A stretch of 64,000 nucleotides of DNA from Isurus oxyrinchus (GCA_026770705.1 JANJGN010000018.1:40362001-40426000); one strand, 5' to 3'; shown: positions 13,067 through 26,492, counted from the stretch's first letter. Numbers and translations are program-made. The notes: generated from the sequence alone by a model not told the origin.

Positions 13067-16000
13067 GGGTGGAGTCATCCCAGATTTGCACTAAATGTAG
13101 TGGCAGGTAGGAAAAAGGACGTTTTACCCATTGGCCACAATGATGGCTTTTCCCACCATATCATCCCAGTTCCAAATCATTAATTACGCATTCCCAGAAA
13201 ACATGCTGTTTTGATGGCGGACAGGCTCTCATTTGCCTGCCACGCCATCATCTCATTGCTTACTCATGCCAGGCGCCATATTTAAAGTGCAGCTGCATGC
13301 ACACCTCTGTGCTTCCAGCCCAGGACTGCTGCAAAGAAGACATGGCCCCAAAAAGCAAGACTGGTTTAATGATGCATTCCTCAAGCACTTTTTGGATGCA
13401 ATGGAGGCCCGCCATGATGTCCTCTATGCCCGCTCTGGGAGAAGACCAGCAAGCAAGGTCACCAACCCAGCATGGGAGGCTGTGGCAGTGGTGGTCAGCG
13501 TCAACGTCCTGCAAAAGAGGACAGCCACCCAGTGCCGAAAGAGGATGAATGATCTCATCCCTTCCACCAAGGTAAGCCACTCTTCTCATCACTCTCAACT
13601 CATACACTCACAAACCCATCACACACCCACAGGGATCTCACACCTCAAGGGACAACACCACTAACTCTCACACACACCCTCATATCTCCATTAGGCTCAT
13701 ATCCTCTCGAGCTCACGTCCTCATCCTGTCCATGGCTCCGCTAACTGCATAAACATTCCACGCAGTGCCACGTGTCCTACTCCAGAAATGTTGGAAGTCC
13801 TCAACAAGGTGGCACACAAGTCAGAGGAGTGCGTCTGCCTGCTCTCTGATGAGGTGGTGCCCACATGTGAGCATATGGAGGTCTCCATGAGGAGCATGGC
13901 AGATGCCACGGAGACCCTGGGCCAGCAGAATGCAGATATGCGTACTGACCTGCACTCCATTGAGGTATTCTGCAATGGCAACACAAGAGGGAAACAGGCA
14001 CCTCAACGTCCTCCCCAGATGCTCTTTCCCCTCAATGAGTCAGGCCGGGGCCATCGGGCACCTGAAGGGAGGGGAATCAGCAGTTGGACACCCTGGGTCA
14101 TCCACTCAGGAATCTCAGTGGCTGTCCTCTCCCTCCAAGTCCTCTTTGCCTGTGAGCCCTTTAACCTCGTCCTCTGTCACCACAGAGGGAGCAGCTGGCC
14201 CACAGGAGGACAGCCAATGTAAGCGGGGGCCCCCAAGGCCTCGGTTCTCCAGATGGTGCACTCCAAAGTCACCAGAGGCAACGGGACCAACCACTGCACA
14301 GGCTGTCTCCATCCCGGCTGCAGATGTCAGGAAGTGTTAGACATAGAAAATTTAAGAAGTCCTGATCACAGTTGGTAGCATGGGTGAACATATTTTCTCA
14401 CTCTACAGTCTAAAAATATATTCAATTTCACTGAATAATGTGCAATGGTGTCTTTCAGCTTCATTGACAGGCTTTGTGAATCCTCCCCCTGCACCTCCCA
14501 CTAGTGGTTCAGCTGCATGGAGTCAGCCCCTGAGTGATTCTGGAGGGAGAAATGTGTGCGTGGCAGGCCTTTTGGGGCTTCGTGCAAGCATTCTCCCACA
14601 CACACACATCCTTCCTGCATCACACTCATCTCACTGTCCTGAGAATTTTCAATGCTGCCCGCTGGGATTTTCTTCCAGTCGTCCATCTGAGCTGACCTGC
14701 ATCTCCGCCCACCCACTGGTCACACTCCCGTTCAGCACCTGTTCTCACCCACCGCGACTCTCACTTCATTTTCGAATTAGCCAGCATGGTAGTGCTACAG
14801 ATTTTCTTGCGCTCCCCTGTCCTTTCCCCTCTCCCAGTCACCCATTTCTTATTCCCCATCACTGTCCACCCCCCTGGCATCACCTTCCACCTCCCCACCA
14901 GCCATAACCCTTTTCTTTCGAGGACGCCCAGGTGAACACGTGTGTTCCCTTCCATCCTGAAAATCCCACCCCTATCCACATTAACCTCTAAGACCTCCTC
15001 CTTCCCACCCGCAGGATCCATGTCTGCCCCCGAGTCTCCACCAACCACCCTCATCATCCCTTCTACTGATATTGTCGCACCCTCACCCTCCCACCTTACC
15101 CTCTGCCCTCTGTCATTCTCACCATTATCTCTTACCATGCCTATCCTCTGCTCTCCAGGGAGCCAGTCATGGACTCAACAGAGTCCTCCCTTGCACGTTC
15201 ACCTGGACATCCCTCCCTCTGGACTCTTTTCCTCCCTGGAGCTCCATTCCCCCTTGGAACTCCTTCCCTCTTTAATCACCATTGGTGCCCCCCGAGAGTC
15301 CACACCACCCTCCCTCCCCGAGGCCTTCCCCCCCACCCCCCCCACCTTCCTGATTCCTTCCTCCACCCTTACTTCTTCCCCTCTCAGGACTCCTTCCTCC
15401 CTCCACCTTTACTTCTTTCTCTAGCCTTCCTCCTTCACTCTTCCCAGCTCCTTTCTTCAACCTTACTTCTTCCTTCATCATTAGTCCTTCCTCTCCCCAC
15501 ACTCCTTCCTCCCCCCCAATTGCTTCTCCCTCCAAACTCCTTCCTTTAGACTTTCCACCCTCCTTACACCTACCTCCACAGTTGCCATCTTCTCCCCCAA
15601 TACCCCCACATCCTCCCGTGCTCCTTCCCCACCTCACCCCCCCAACACCTTCGCCTATGCTTCCCAACCTCTCCCCCTCCATCTTCATCCCCCCCCCCTT
15701 CAACACCTTTGCTCCCCCCTCCCAACTTCAACCCCGCAACACCTTTGTCCCCTTCTCCCACCCTCACCCTGCCGACACCTTTGTTCCCTCCTCCTTCAAA
15801 CCCAATTTCAAACCTCCAACACTTTTATTCCCCCCCCACCCCCAACACTTTTGTTTGCCCCCCCCTCACCTCCCCAACACTTTTGTTCCCCCTCTCCGAA
15901 CTTCACCCCCCAACACCTTTATTCCTCCTCTCCCAACTTCACCCCCCAACACCTTTGTTCCCTGCCCTCCCAACCTTACCCCCCCCCAACACCTCTTCCT

Positions 16001-16585
16001 TCTCCAGTTGATCCGAGATATTCCGCTCCCACAACTCTGTACATCTTCCTCTCCCAAACACAGCTGAACCTCACTCTCCACTCCCCTGATCATCCATTGT
16101 GATCAGACCCTCAACAGTGACTTTCCACCTTCCATGAGCTGCTTCACAGCAGAGCCATATCCATGAGAATCCACCGAGCATGCCATGGATGTTCCTCCAG
16201 GGTCCATGTGGCTCCAGTATCTTCTGTTCCTCAGATGTCCTTGATGTGAACAAGGCCCTAACATTAAGTCCCTACTTATGCACATCACGCATGTCAAGAC
16301 ATGTTCTGCAACTATGTTTTCCCGATGACACGGGCAGATGATCCAGCAGGGGCGGGGGAAGGGGGGTGGAGTGATTCCGACGGGTTGGGCTTATAATATG
16401 CTGGTGCATTACACTGAGGTTCCCCACCTCCAACGGCAGAAAATGTGGCCCGACGTTGACAGGCAGAGCAGACGATTGCAAACTGGTTTCACAACGTCGT
16501 GAAACCGGCTTTTGGTTTTCTTGTCATATTGTCCGCTCACGCTGCCAGACATGCCCAACGTCAGTGGGCACGGAAAATTCCACAC
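13067..16585 (+). mobile_element. Non-autonomous Harbinger carrying a Myb/SANT gene only (derivative 1), 3-bp TSD aat
   Basis: Ends gggtggagtc / ggaaaattccacac, with aat on both sides. Both ends homologous to the element at 27336-32290. Myb ORF DWFNDAFLKHFLDAMEARHDVLY..WEAVA..QCRKRMNDL (13339-13571) and a coiled-coil exon at about 13785-14000. No transposase found. Confidence 0.82.
15200..16060. repeat. C/T-rich low-complexity tract with imperfect short repeats (e.g. ccccaacac-tttgtt)
   Basis: Almost purely pyrimidine/C-rich on the plus strand. Gives rise to spurious Pro-rich and Gly-rich ORFs. Confidence 0.85.
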
Positions 16586-16942
16586 AATGGGCCAAGCAAG
16601 GTATAAGGAAGAAGAGGGTCAAGTTCAGATCCAGATAAGAGAACCTTCCATTACACATTTGGGAAGACCAGATGTTGAGAGCCAAACTAACAATGTACCA
16701 GATACTGCAACTCCAAGCGAAGGCCAATTAAGTCAAAGCAAAGTTGCCCAAGGGGAGGCTATTGATCTTCCAAGCTTCAAAAAGTGTCAGGGAAAGTTGT
16801 GAAAACTCCAGTCCAATTAAACCTATGAAGTGAGAGTCTTGCGGGGAGAAGGAATATTATGAAAATATAAATGTAAAATATATTTGGACAAAGGCTTGGT
16901 GGAAAATGTAGTATTAGGTGTGTCAGGGCTGAAAGAGTTCAT

Positions 16943-17595
16943 GGACAGGATTTTGCCCTTGGCGGGGGTGGTCGGGAAGCTGACTGCTGCCCGCCATTGG
17001 TACCACACTGCAATTTTAGATGGGCAGGCCTTAATTGGTGGATCAGTTTGGAATGTGAGCGGCAGCATTCAGCACTGCCTGTGTGGGCGGGGGAAGGGAA
17101 GGCGGGAGAGCGGGCCTAGAGCAGTCTTCGCACATGCGCACCAAAGACCGTTTCAATCTTCCTGAGGCACGAAGCTGCTTCAGGGAGATGAAGCGGTGTT
17201 TAAAAAAAAATGGGAAATAAAATTATCATAAATCATGATCCTCATGTCATATGAGCTGGGACATGTTTTTAATTCAAAAATAATATTTTTATTTGGTGTT
17301 TATTTGCTTTAGGAAGCCTCATCTCATCCGTGGATGAGGTTTCCTAAAAAATGTAACGGCCGCTTGGCCTTTTAACCTGCCCAACTATTAGGTTGAACAG
17401 GCAGCATAAATTTGAATTTAATTAGCTTCTTAATGGCCTGAGTAGGCCTTTTAATTGTTGGCAAGTGCGCAGCCAACTCTGACATGTGCCCGCTGAATGA
17501 AATATCGCGAGACTGCGCAGTGATGTCAGGATGCTTGCCCGACATCATTGCGCATCATTTTACTGGCGCCATATGCTGAGCATAATATTCTGCCC
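16943..17595 (-). mobile_element. Harbinger MITE family A, copy 2 (inside the Gypsy A 3' LTR)
   Basis: TIRs ggacaggatttt / atattctgccc, flanks cat/cgt. Removing it restores the LTR sequence gttcatgtgtg. Confidence 0.8.
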
Positions 17596-17654
17596 CGTGT
17601 GTCAGAGAAACAGTACTGCCCACATGATGATGTAAGAAAGAGTCACATGACTAG

Positions 17655-20600
17655 AGATGGAATTTTCCCAGAGTCAAAGTCCCATGGCAGAGGCAGGGAC
17701 AGGTGTTTCTCAGTGAGCAGACCACCGGGACTTCGCAAGGTATTGCGCGACCCCAACCTCATTAATTAAGCAGTAGGGGATTTCCTGACCTATCGCAGGT
17801 AGGGTGGCCTAGATGATCTGTGCCTCGCTGTCATATCTGGGTGCCATTTTTAAAAGCCACCAAAACAGTAGCTTACTAATAAGGCTGATTGATATGGCAA
17901 GAAGGGAGCCAGGCTCATCCCCGGGCGTTCTCCTTGACCAGGTGGAAGACAGGAGGGACGTCCTGTACCCAGCTGACGGGAGGCGGCGGCCAAGCAGGGA
18001 GACCAACCCTGCATTGGAACAGGTCACCACCGCAGTCAGTGGTGTCCAACGCAGGTCAGCCCTCCAAAGCTGGAAGAGGATGTACAACCTCATCCACGCC
18101 ACCAGTGTAAGTGAATCTTTAGCTGCTCACACTAGCCACAATGAATGGTACAGGGGACATGGTCCTCAGTGGCAATGCCAAAAGGTCATGCCTCATAGCC
18201 CCACCACAGACCATCCACTCTGCAGGTGGATAGGCCACTGTGCCTCCCTCACATTTCCACACAGAGCTCACAGAGGGGAGTGGGGTGGGGGGGGGGGGGG
18301 TGGAGGTTGGAGAGAGGAGGCTCAGGCATTGAGGGCATCAGCAAGCTCTGTAAATGACATGCCTCTCGGAGCCTTATCCCTGTATGTGGATGGACTCACT
18401 GCTCTGGAGGGTGCTAACACAGAACCCTTCTGGACAGCATGCAGTGCTTCAATCACATGCCACTTCATCTATTGGGTCATCATCAAGACTGGAAGTAAGT
18501 ATGAGAAAGAAATGTGAAATAGCCATGTACATGGATGCTAAATACAATCTCTCTCAAACCCCATCGTCTCTGTTCTCCTTGAGCTGGAGAAGTTAAGCCA
18601 TAGCCAGCGAGAGAGGGAGAAAACAGGAGGGGGTCAGCCACACTGAGGGAAGTAACAGTAATTGAGGAGTAGGCAGCTGGTATGGGGGGAGTGGGACTGG
18701 GCCATTAGAGATGGGGAGACTACAGTTGGGCCTCCAACCCAGCAAGAATCCATGCATGTCATCAAAACCTTAGGGCCATGGGTACCTCCATGTTGGAGGC
18801 AACTCATGCTGTCACTCCATCACTCCTCTCTCACTTACAGGTACCACCAGGAGGATGGCAAGAGCCAAGCCACAAGAAGCCCTGTCCAGCTCCAACACAA
18901 GGCCAAGCCAGGAGAGGAGTGAGGACATCACAGAAAAGCAAAGTGCAACTGTTGAGGGATCACAGCAGACACCTGCATCCTCCACCAACCCAGAGACACA
19001 CACCTCAGTAGGTCTTAGCTCTTGTGTAGGAAGGGTCTCACATTCTGGTGGTCATTGCATGGACTCATGTCCACAGCAGGAGGAGACAGGGTTAGCCAAG
19101 AACACCAGCACTTGGAGTGGCAAAGTAAGCTGAGCACCTCCAGGCCTCCAGGGGACAGCCGCCAAGGTCATTCAAGGCAATAGTGCTAACTGGTCAGCAG
19201 ACTGCCTCCACTCCTGCTGCTGAGGTTAGGGGAGCACTTTTGGCAGGGAAAGGAAAATTAAGAAATACTGAAATTACAATTGGTTGCATGGGTGCACTGT
19301 TGAATGTCACAAATATCAAACTTTTGCAAATAAAGTAATGTTTATTTTAATGATATCTAATGTGTTGTTTTAGCTTATTACCACTTCACTCCTTTCATCT
19401 TCCTGGGGCAACCCTAGTATGAGGCGTCTGCAGGGAGGCAAAGGAATGTGCCAGGGCCCTTGCTAGCCATGCACAAACACTCTCCCATGCATGCTGAGCC
19501 CTTGGCTTTCAAACTCTGTTGTTTCCCAGAGCCCGAGCATTATGAAAACTACATGCTGGGGTTTCCCTTCATTTGCCCAGTTCAGATGGCCTACATCTCT
19601 GCCCACCCCCAATGACAATTCCAATGCAGCATCTCCACAATGAGGCTCTGCATTGTTGCAACCAGCCCAGCCATAGTGATAGTGACATTCTACCTTTGAT
19701 TGAACACCTTTACCCCTCCCCGAGTCACACACATCCTATCCCCTATAACCATTGACCTCGGCCCAGTATAACTTTCATCGTGGCCACCATAACACTTCAA
19801 CCCTCCATCACCTTTGGAAACGAGAAACCCATCCTTGTTACCATTGATTTGCCCACTTTCAGCCTGCTCATCCCCGAATGTGTGTCCATCTCCCTGTTCC
19901 CATTAACAATCCTCAGCACCGCTTCACACATGGTCACACCCTTACCCTCCCACCCTACCAGCTCCCTCTGCTCTCTTTAACCCTCACCATAACCTCTTAC
20001 CGTGATTTCCCTCAGTTTGCACCCCAGGAGTCCACCATTGACTCCACTAATCCCTGTGTGTGAACCCCTTCAGGCCTTTACCACTTCCCCCCCATACCCC
20101 TTCTGACCTTGTCAAGCACAACCCCCCCACCCCCCCCCCCCCAACCTCACCAGGGCCATTCATGCCCTCCCGCTCCAATCCAGTGGGCAGTGAGAACCCC
20201 TCTGATTCCCTCTTCCCCCAGCACCCCCAACTTCCCCCATCCCCATTAGGCCTAAACCCCTGCACTACCTATTTATTCCACTTCTTTCATTTTGTCCCCC
20301 CACCACCCAAGAGACCCTTCCCTTCCAACAGCTTGAGGATCCGATCCCTGGGCAAAGACCCTGAATGATGGTCCGATCCCTGAGCCAAGTCCTTGGATGG
20401 TATGATCCTGTGCGATGATGTTGTGCTGAGAACAACCACCTGCTGGATGCTGCTGCAGGGAAAAAAGATCCACGTGGTTAATGCACCACCTACACAGCAC
20501 CACAGGGTGTTCCAGAGTCCAGTTTCTGGAGGCCTCCATCTTCTCGTCTCCACAAGCTGCCCCAGGCCTTCTTAAGATCTGACTTATACATGCTGCATTG

Positions 20601-20863
20601 GTTCAATCATGTTCTGGGCTGGCATTTCTCACTGGCATCACGAACAATCAGGTGCTGGTGCTATTGCGGTCGGTCCTTCATCTGCATCTCATTAGCAGGA
20701 TGCAAAGCAGCTTCACACCAGCCTCTGGCAGGAAATGTGACTCGCCATGGTGGGTGGTAGCGGATGACCCCGCTGTCATTTCACATTGGAGCGAAACCAA
20801 TTTTTAGACCTCCTGCCACATTCTTCCCCACACCCCCCAGCTAGCTTGCTGCGGCAGGCATGG
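17655..20863 (+). mobile_element. Non-autonomous Harbinger carrying a Myb/SANT gene only (derivative 2); right TIR lost
   Basis: Left end agatggaattttccc. Myb ORF ..LLDQVEDRRDVLYPADGRRRP..LEQVTTAVS..QSWKRMYNL (about 17890-18105), further spliced exons to about 19300, then a C-rich cargo. Confidence 0.7.
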
Positions 20864-20896
20864 GAGTCTAGGTGAAAGTTCATGGCTTAGAGAGTA

Positions 20897-23800
20897 TTTG
20901 CCCAGGTATGTCCAGTCCACAAAAAGGGTAAATCCAATTCAGCCAATTATCGCATTAGTCTACTCTCGATCATCAGTAAAGTGACGGAGGGGGTCATCAA
21001 CAGTGCTATCAAGTGGCACTTGCTTAGCAATAACCTGCTCACTGATGCTCAGTTTGGGTTTTGCCAGGGACACTCAGCTCCTGATCTCATTGCAGCCTTG
21101 GTTCAAACATGAACAAAAGAAATGAACTCCAGGGGTGAGTGAAAGTGACTGCCCACGACATTAAGGCAGTATTTGACTGAGTGTGGCATCATGGAGCCCG
21201 AGCAAAACTGGAGTCAATAGCAATCAGGGGGAAAACTCTCTGCTGGTTGGAGTCATACCTAGCACAAAGATGGTTGTGGTTGCTGGAGGTCAATCAATTC
21301 ACTCCAGGACATCACTGCAGGAGTTCCTCTGGGTGGTTGTAGTAATTGTAAATTAAAAAAAAAACTTTCATACCGTTATGGGGATCATGCAATTGTACAG
21401 ACGAATCAGCTCTAAGCGTGGGATATCTTTGGGGCGCAGCTTTCTAGCCTTGATCTTGGTACAAGCACGTAGCTTCATCAGAAGATCTGTAAATAAAGTT
21501 TACTGTTTCTAATAAGAAACCTGTCCAGTACCTTGAGTTTATTACAATTGGCGATGAGGATAAACAGCTCCGTGAATGTGAATATTTTGATTTTTTAAAA
21601 AAGGGAAGAAAGAAAAGTATATTCACCAGTCATGCCAATCTTAAGCAGAATTGACCCATACGACTCATCCATTGAGGACTGAAGTCACTACATAGAGCGC
21701 CTAGATTTGTACTTTGTGGTAAACAAAATAACGGTGGAGGAGAAACAGAAGGCAATTCTAAGTTTTTGCAGAAGCAAAACGTATAACCTAATCCATAGTC
21801 TGACAGCCCCAAACACACCAAATTCCATATCCTTCAACAAGCTAGTACGCCTCGTGAAGGCACATTTTCAGCCTAAACCAATGGTGATCATGCAAAGATT
21901 CAAGTTCAACTCTGGAGTAAGGGCCCCCGGAGAGTCAATCACAACATACAGTGCGAAGTTAAAACAGTTAATGGAGCACTGTGACTTCGGAGATTCTTAA
22001 ACGACATGTTGCGAGATTGTGTATGCCGCAAACCAAACAACGATGCCATTCAGTGCTGTTTACTTGCAGAAGTTAATATAGACCTGAAGCAAGCCTTGGA
22101 AATAGCACTAGCAATGGAGAGTGCTGAGAGGCACTCGCAGGCTTGACAGTGTGTGCAACATGGTGCTGTTCTTCAGTTGGGGTGGGAACCTACTGCCGGG
22201 CATGGCGCGAAAACCAGGGAGACAACCGCAAAATGAGGCACAGTCCCTACTGCTTGAAAAATAAAAAGAAATAATGGAAGCAGCTCATCAGTAATTAAGA
22301 ATAATGTATTGGAAACCTGCAGGTTTAAAGAGGCAGAATGCCATTACTGTCACAAAAAGGGGCATGTTATAAAACAATGCAGGGTGAGATCAAGATTCAG
22401 GCAGCAGACCTAGCTGAATGAAGTGGCACAATATAGATGAACCAGAAACTGCTGATACTGATATCTATTCCCTATACAATCCAAAGGCCAGGAAAATGGA
22501 ATCAATCACTGTTACTCTTCAAGTAAATGGGAAGCTTCTAGTCATGGAGATTGGCACAGGAGCATCGACCACAGTGGTAAGAGACCACATCTTTAAACAC
22601 CTCAGAGAAGGTACCCAGCCATTGAGTTTGGAGCAAACCATGGCTCAGCTAAAAGACTATACTAGAGAGAGGTGAAAAGCATCACCTCTGTTCCTGTATT
22701 CTACATGCAACAGTCAGCCCAGCTGTCAGTAATTGTTGCAACCGGTGAAGACCCTAGCCTTCTGGGCCATAATTGGTTGAAAGAAATTACACTCAACTGG
22801 TCAGAAATGTTTCAAGTCAGAACAGGGAGAAATCCTGAGCTGATAGGGGAATATGATGGTGCCTTTTGGAATGAGATAGAAGAACTGAAGGACCTTCACA
22901 GGAAGCAAGGATCCCTCAGGTCACAGTCGTTTCCACAGGAAAATCATGAAAAGAAGCTAAATAAATGCAGTGCCACTCTGAACCAACTGAAGAAATAGTT
23001 GGCAGAAAAAAACTCAATGTTCAAGAGGACGCCAAAAGAGATAAACAAGAGACAGAAGAACTCAAGAATCAGTTGATCAAGACAAAAGAGGCATTGGAAG
23101 GAAAAGTCACGGAACTTTCCAAGATGCAAATGGGTAGCTCAACCCCTTAACTGAACCAAGCTGAGATTTCACCAGAGAACTTTGGCCAACTGTGAATTCA
23201 AAATGAAGGATTAGACAAAACCTTGAAGACATTCAAATCTGAAAGGCCAGTAGGATATGTCTCTAGAACCTTCTCTGCAGCCAAGAAAAGTTACTCACAA
23301 ATTGAAAAAGAAAGCTTATGTAATATTTGGAGTAAAGGAGTTCCATCAATATCTGCATGATCAACAATTCACCATACTGTCAGATCACAAGCCATTGTTG
23401 GGTTTGTTTAATGAAGAGAAAGCAATCCCACTGATAGCCTCTGCTAGAATTCTAAGATGGGCTTTGATTTTGTCAGCTTACGAGTACACTTTAATGTACC
23501 GTCCAAGTGTGCATACAGCAAATGCAGATGCCCTCAGTCATCTTCCATTGCCAGGTAGCATTACACATGCTGCAGTACCACAAGAAGTTGTACATGTGTT
23601 GAATTTCCTGGATTCCTCATTGGTCTGAGAAGATGATAAAGAATTGGACAAACCAAAGATCCAATTTTATCAAGAGTCTGAGAACAGGTATTGCAAGGAT
23701 GGTCAAATGCACAAGTCTCAAGAATTAAAACCATTCTATGCTTGTAAATCTGAATTAAGTTGTCAAGATGGTATCTTGTTATGGGGAACAAGAGTTATCA

Positions 23801-26204
23801 TCCCTTAGCAAGGAAGAGAATCACTATTGACTGAGTTTCATAATGCATATCCTTGTATTTCGAAAATGAAGAATCTCGCACAAAGGTATATCTGGTAGTC
23901 AGGTATAGGCAGTGATATAGTTAAAAATGGTGAAACACTGTTTCCAGTGTCAGCAAAAGCAAACATTGCCCGTTTCAGCCCCACTGCATCCATGGGAGTG
24001 GCCTGGTTGACCCTGGGTTAGATTACATATAGGCTATGTATGTCCATTTTTAGGAACCGGTACCATGTTTTTAGTGATCATCGACACACATTCAAAATGG
24101 ATGGATGTGTATGAAGTGAGATAACCTACATCGTGCAACTATTGAGAAGCTGTGCCAATGTTTTAGTGTACATGGCCTACCAGAAGTTACTGTATTGGAT
24201 AATGGTATTGCCTTCACTAGTATGGAATTCCAGAGATTCACGAGCCTAAACAGGATTAAACATGTCAAAACAGCACCATATCATCCCTTATCCAATGGGT
24301 TAGCAGAATGATCAGCACAAACCTTTAAAACAGGCATGAAGAAACAAACAATCCAAAGGAAAGTTAGAAATTTCAAGATTCCTTTTCAACTATCGCACTC
24401 CTCATGCAACTACAGGTTCAACACCCATTTGAATTGCTTATGAAACACGACCTTCTTACAAAATTGAGTCTAGCATTCACTAACTTAGAGGGGAAGGTGG
24501 AGAAGAGCCAGAGTAGTCAGCAAGTGAATCATGATGTTCACAGTAACGATCGAAAATTTACTGTGGGAGAGACTGTTTTTGTGCGAAATTTGCAACTGGA
24601 CTGAGATGGGTTCCTGGTACAAACTTTCTCTCAAACAGACCTTTGTCATATCAAGTAGAAACGGAAAACAGAATTGTTAGGAAACACATGGATCATGTCA
24701 GAAGTAGAGAGACACTCCAACAACCAGTTAACCCATCTGAAATTGAAGTTGAACCTTTGTCCATCTGGCAGCTCGGAAATCAAAGAATAGACATACCTGA
24801 TGTCTCTGTTGAAGTAAATGATTATGAACTACCATTGTCTCAGGATCCTTGATGCTGCAGTTCCTGGTCAAGTCAATCCAATGGAAAAATCTCAAGTTGT
24901 AGAGTTGCATTGCCCTACCCGAATCAGAAAACTAGCTCAAAGACTAAATCTATAATTGCAACAAATGTAGATATTTGTATATAAATGTAAGATATTTTTG
25001 TACATAAAAGACATAAAACAAAAATTAAAGGTGACTGGAATGTAGCAATTGTAAGTTAAACCTTTCATACTATTATGGGGATCATGTCACTGTACAGATG
25101 AATCAGCCTAAGAGTGGGTAATCTTAGGGGCGGAGCTTCCTAGCCTTGGTACAAGCATGTAGATTCATCAGGAGCTCTGTAAATAAAGTTTACTGTTTCT
25201 TACAAGAAAACTGTCTGGTACCCCAAGTTTATTACCGTAATGTCCTCAGCCCAACCATCTTCAGCTGCTTCAATGATTTTCCTTCCATCATAAGGCCAGA
25301 AGAAGGAATGTTCGCTGATCATTGCACAATGTTCAGCACCATTCGCAACTCCTCAGACATTCAGGCCGTGCATGTCCAAATGCAGCAAGACCTGGACAAT
25401 ATCTAGGCTTGGGCTGATAAATGGCAATTAACAGTCGAGCCACGCAATGCTAGGCAATGAACATCTCCAATGAGAGGGAATCTAGCCATTGCCCCTTGAT
25501 ATTCGATGACATTACAATTGCTGAATCCCCCACTATCAGCATCCTGGAGGGGCTAACCATTGACGAGAAACTGAACTGGACTAGCCATATAAATACCGTG
25601 GCTACAAGAGCAGGTCGGAGGCTAGGAATCCTGCAGTGAGTAACTCGCCTCCTGGCTCCCAAAGCCGGTCCATCATCTATAAGGCACAAGTCAGGAGTGT
25701 GATGGAATATTCTCCCCTTGCCTGGATGAGTACAGCTCCCACAACACTTAAGAAACTTGACACCATCCAGGGCAAAGCAGCCTGCTTGATTGGCACCATA
25801 TCCACAAACTATCACTCCCTCACTGACACACAGTAGCAGCAGTGTGTACCATCGACAAGATGCACTGCAGCATCTCTCCAAGGCTCCTTGGACAGCACCT
25901 TCCAAACCCACCACCATCTAGAGGACAAGGACAGCACATAGATAGGAACATCACCACCACCTGAAAGTTCCCCTCCAGGCCACTCACCATCCTGACTTGG
26001 AAATATCTCGCCTTTTCTTCACTGTCACTGGGTCAAAATCCTGGAACTGACCCCCCAACAGCACTGTGGGTGTACCTACACCACATGGACTGCAACAGTT
26101 CAAGAAACCAGCTCATCACCACCTTCTCAAGGTCAACTAGGGATGACAATAAATGCAGGCATAGCCAGAAACACCCACATCTCAAGAATGAATAACATAA
26201 GAAA
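20897..26204 (+). mobile_element. CR1-group LINE (family B), 5'-truncated, split by Gypsy B
   Basis: RT motifs DIKAVFD.VWH and GVP|..GPTIFSCFND..MFADHCT, with the 3' tail near 26190. Same family as 50870-60790. Confidence 0.8.
21338..25236 (+). mobile_element. Gypsy LTR retrotransposon B with both LTRs; RT domain missing
   Basis: LTRs 21338-21546 and 25041-25236. PBS-like tggcgatgagg at 21549. Decayed 5-bp TSD gtggt/gtaat. gag, zinc knuckle (CHYCHKKGHVIKQC), protease (MEIGTGAS), RNase H (ERPVGYVSRT..DHKPLL) and integrase remnants. Confidence 0.88.
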
Positions 26205-26476
26205 AGAGTAATACCTTTGTCTTGTACATCTGTAAATAGTTATGTTCTTACAATAAACCTGTCATTGTTCAGACATATCTTTGTCTCTGCAATCAATCCT
26301 TAGCCAGTCACAATTAACAAAACATGTTTAGCTAATGGATAGCATGTTAAGTGCTGATTGCATGCAGAAATCATTGCAATGAGCAAGGAGCACGACGTTG
26401 GAATGCTGTCTACTAACGATAAATATAATCATTTAAGAGTGACATATCTTTCCAAATTCAAACTAAAAGAGGTGGT

Positions 26477-26492
26477 TTTATTAGATTTTATT
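26477..26492 (-). terminator. Two candidate AATAAA polyadenylation signals for the B7-like gene
   Basis: Plus-strand tttatt at 26477-26482 and 26487-26492, about 0.55-0.7 kb downstream of the candidate stops, in non-repetitive sequence. Confidence 0.45.

Larger units (their letters stand above)
8168..26324 (+). mobile_element. Gypsy LTR retrotransposon A (decayed) hosting at least eight nested insertions
   Basis: 5' LTR about 8168-8400 (tgtagtat..). 3' LTR in four pieces: 16907-16942, 17596-17654, 20864-20896, 26205-26324. gag (QVNVLLYSAG..ERAKLNK..ELIKD) at about 8850-9350; zinc-knuckle and protease remnants at 10400-10700; pol end KVVKTPVQLNL* near 16795-16828. Confidence 0.75.

Noticed and set aside
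14942-16102. Many Pro-rich and Gly-rich ORFs on both strands
   Set aside because: Artefacts of a C-rich low-complexity tract; no domain or splice structure.
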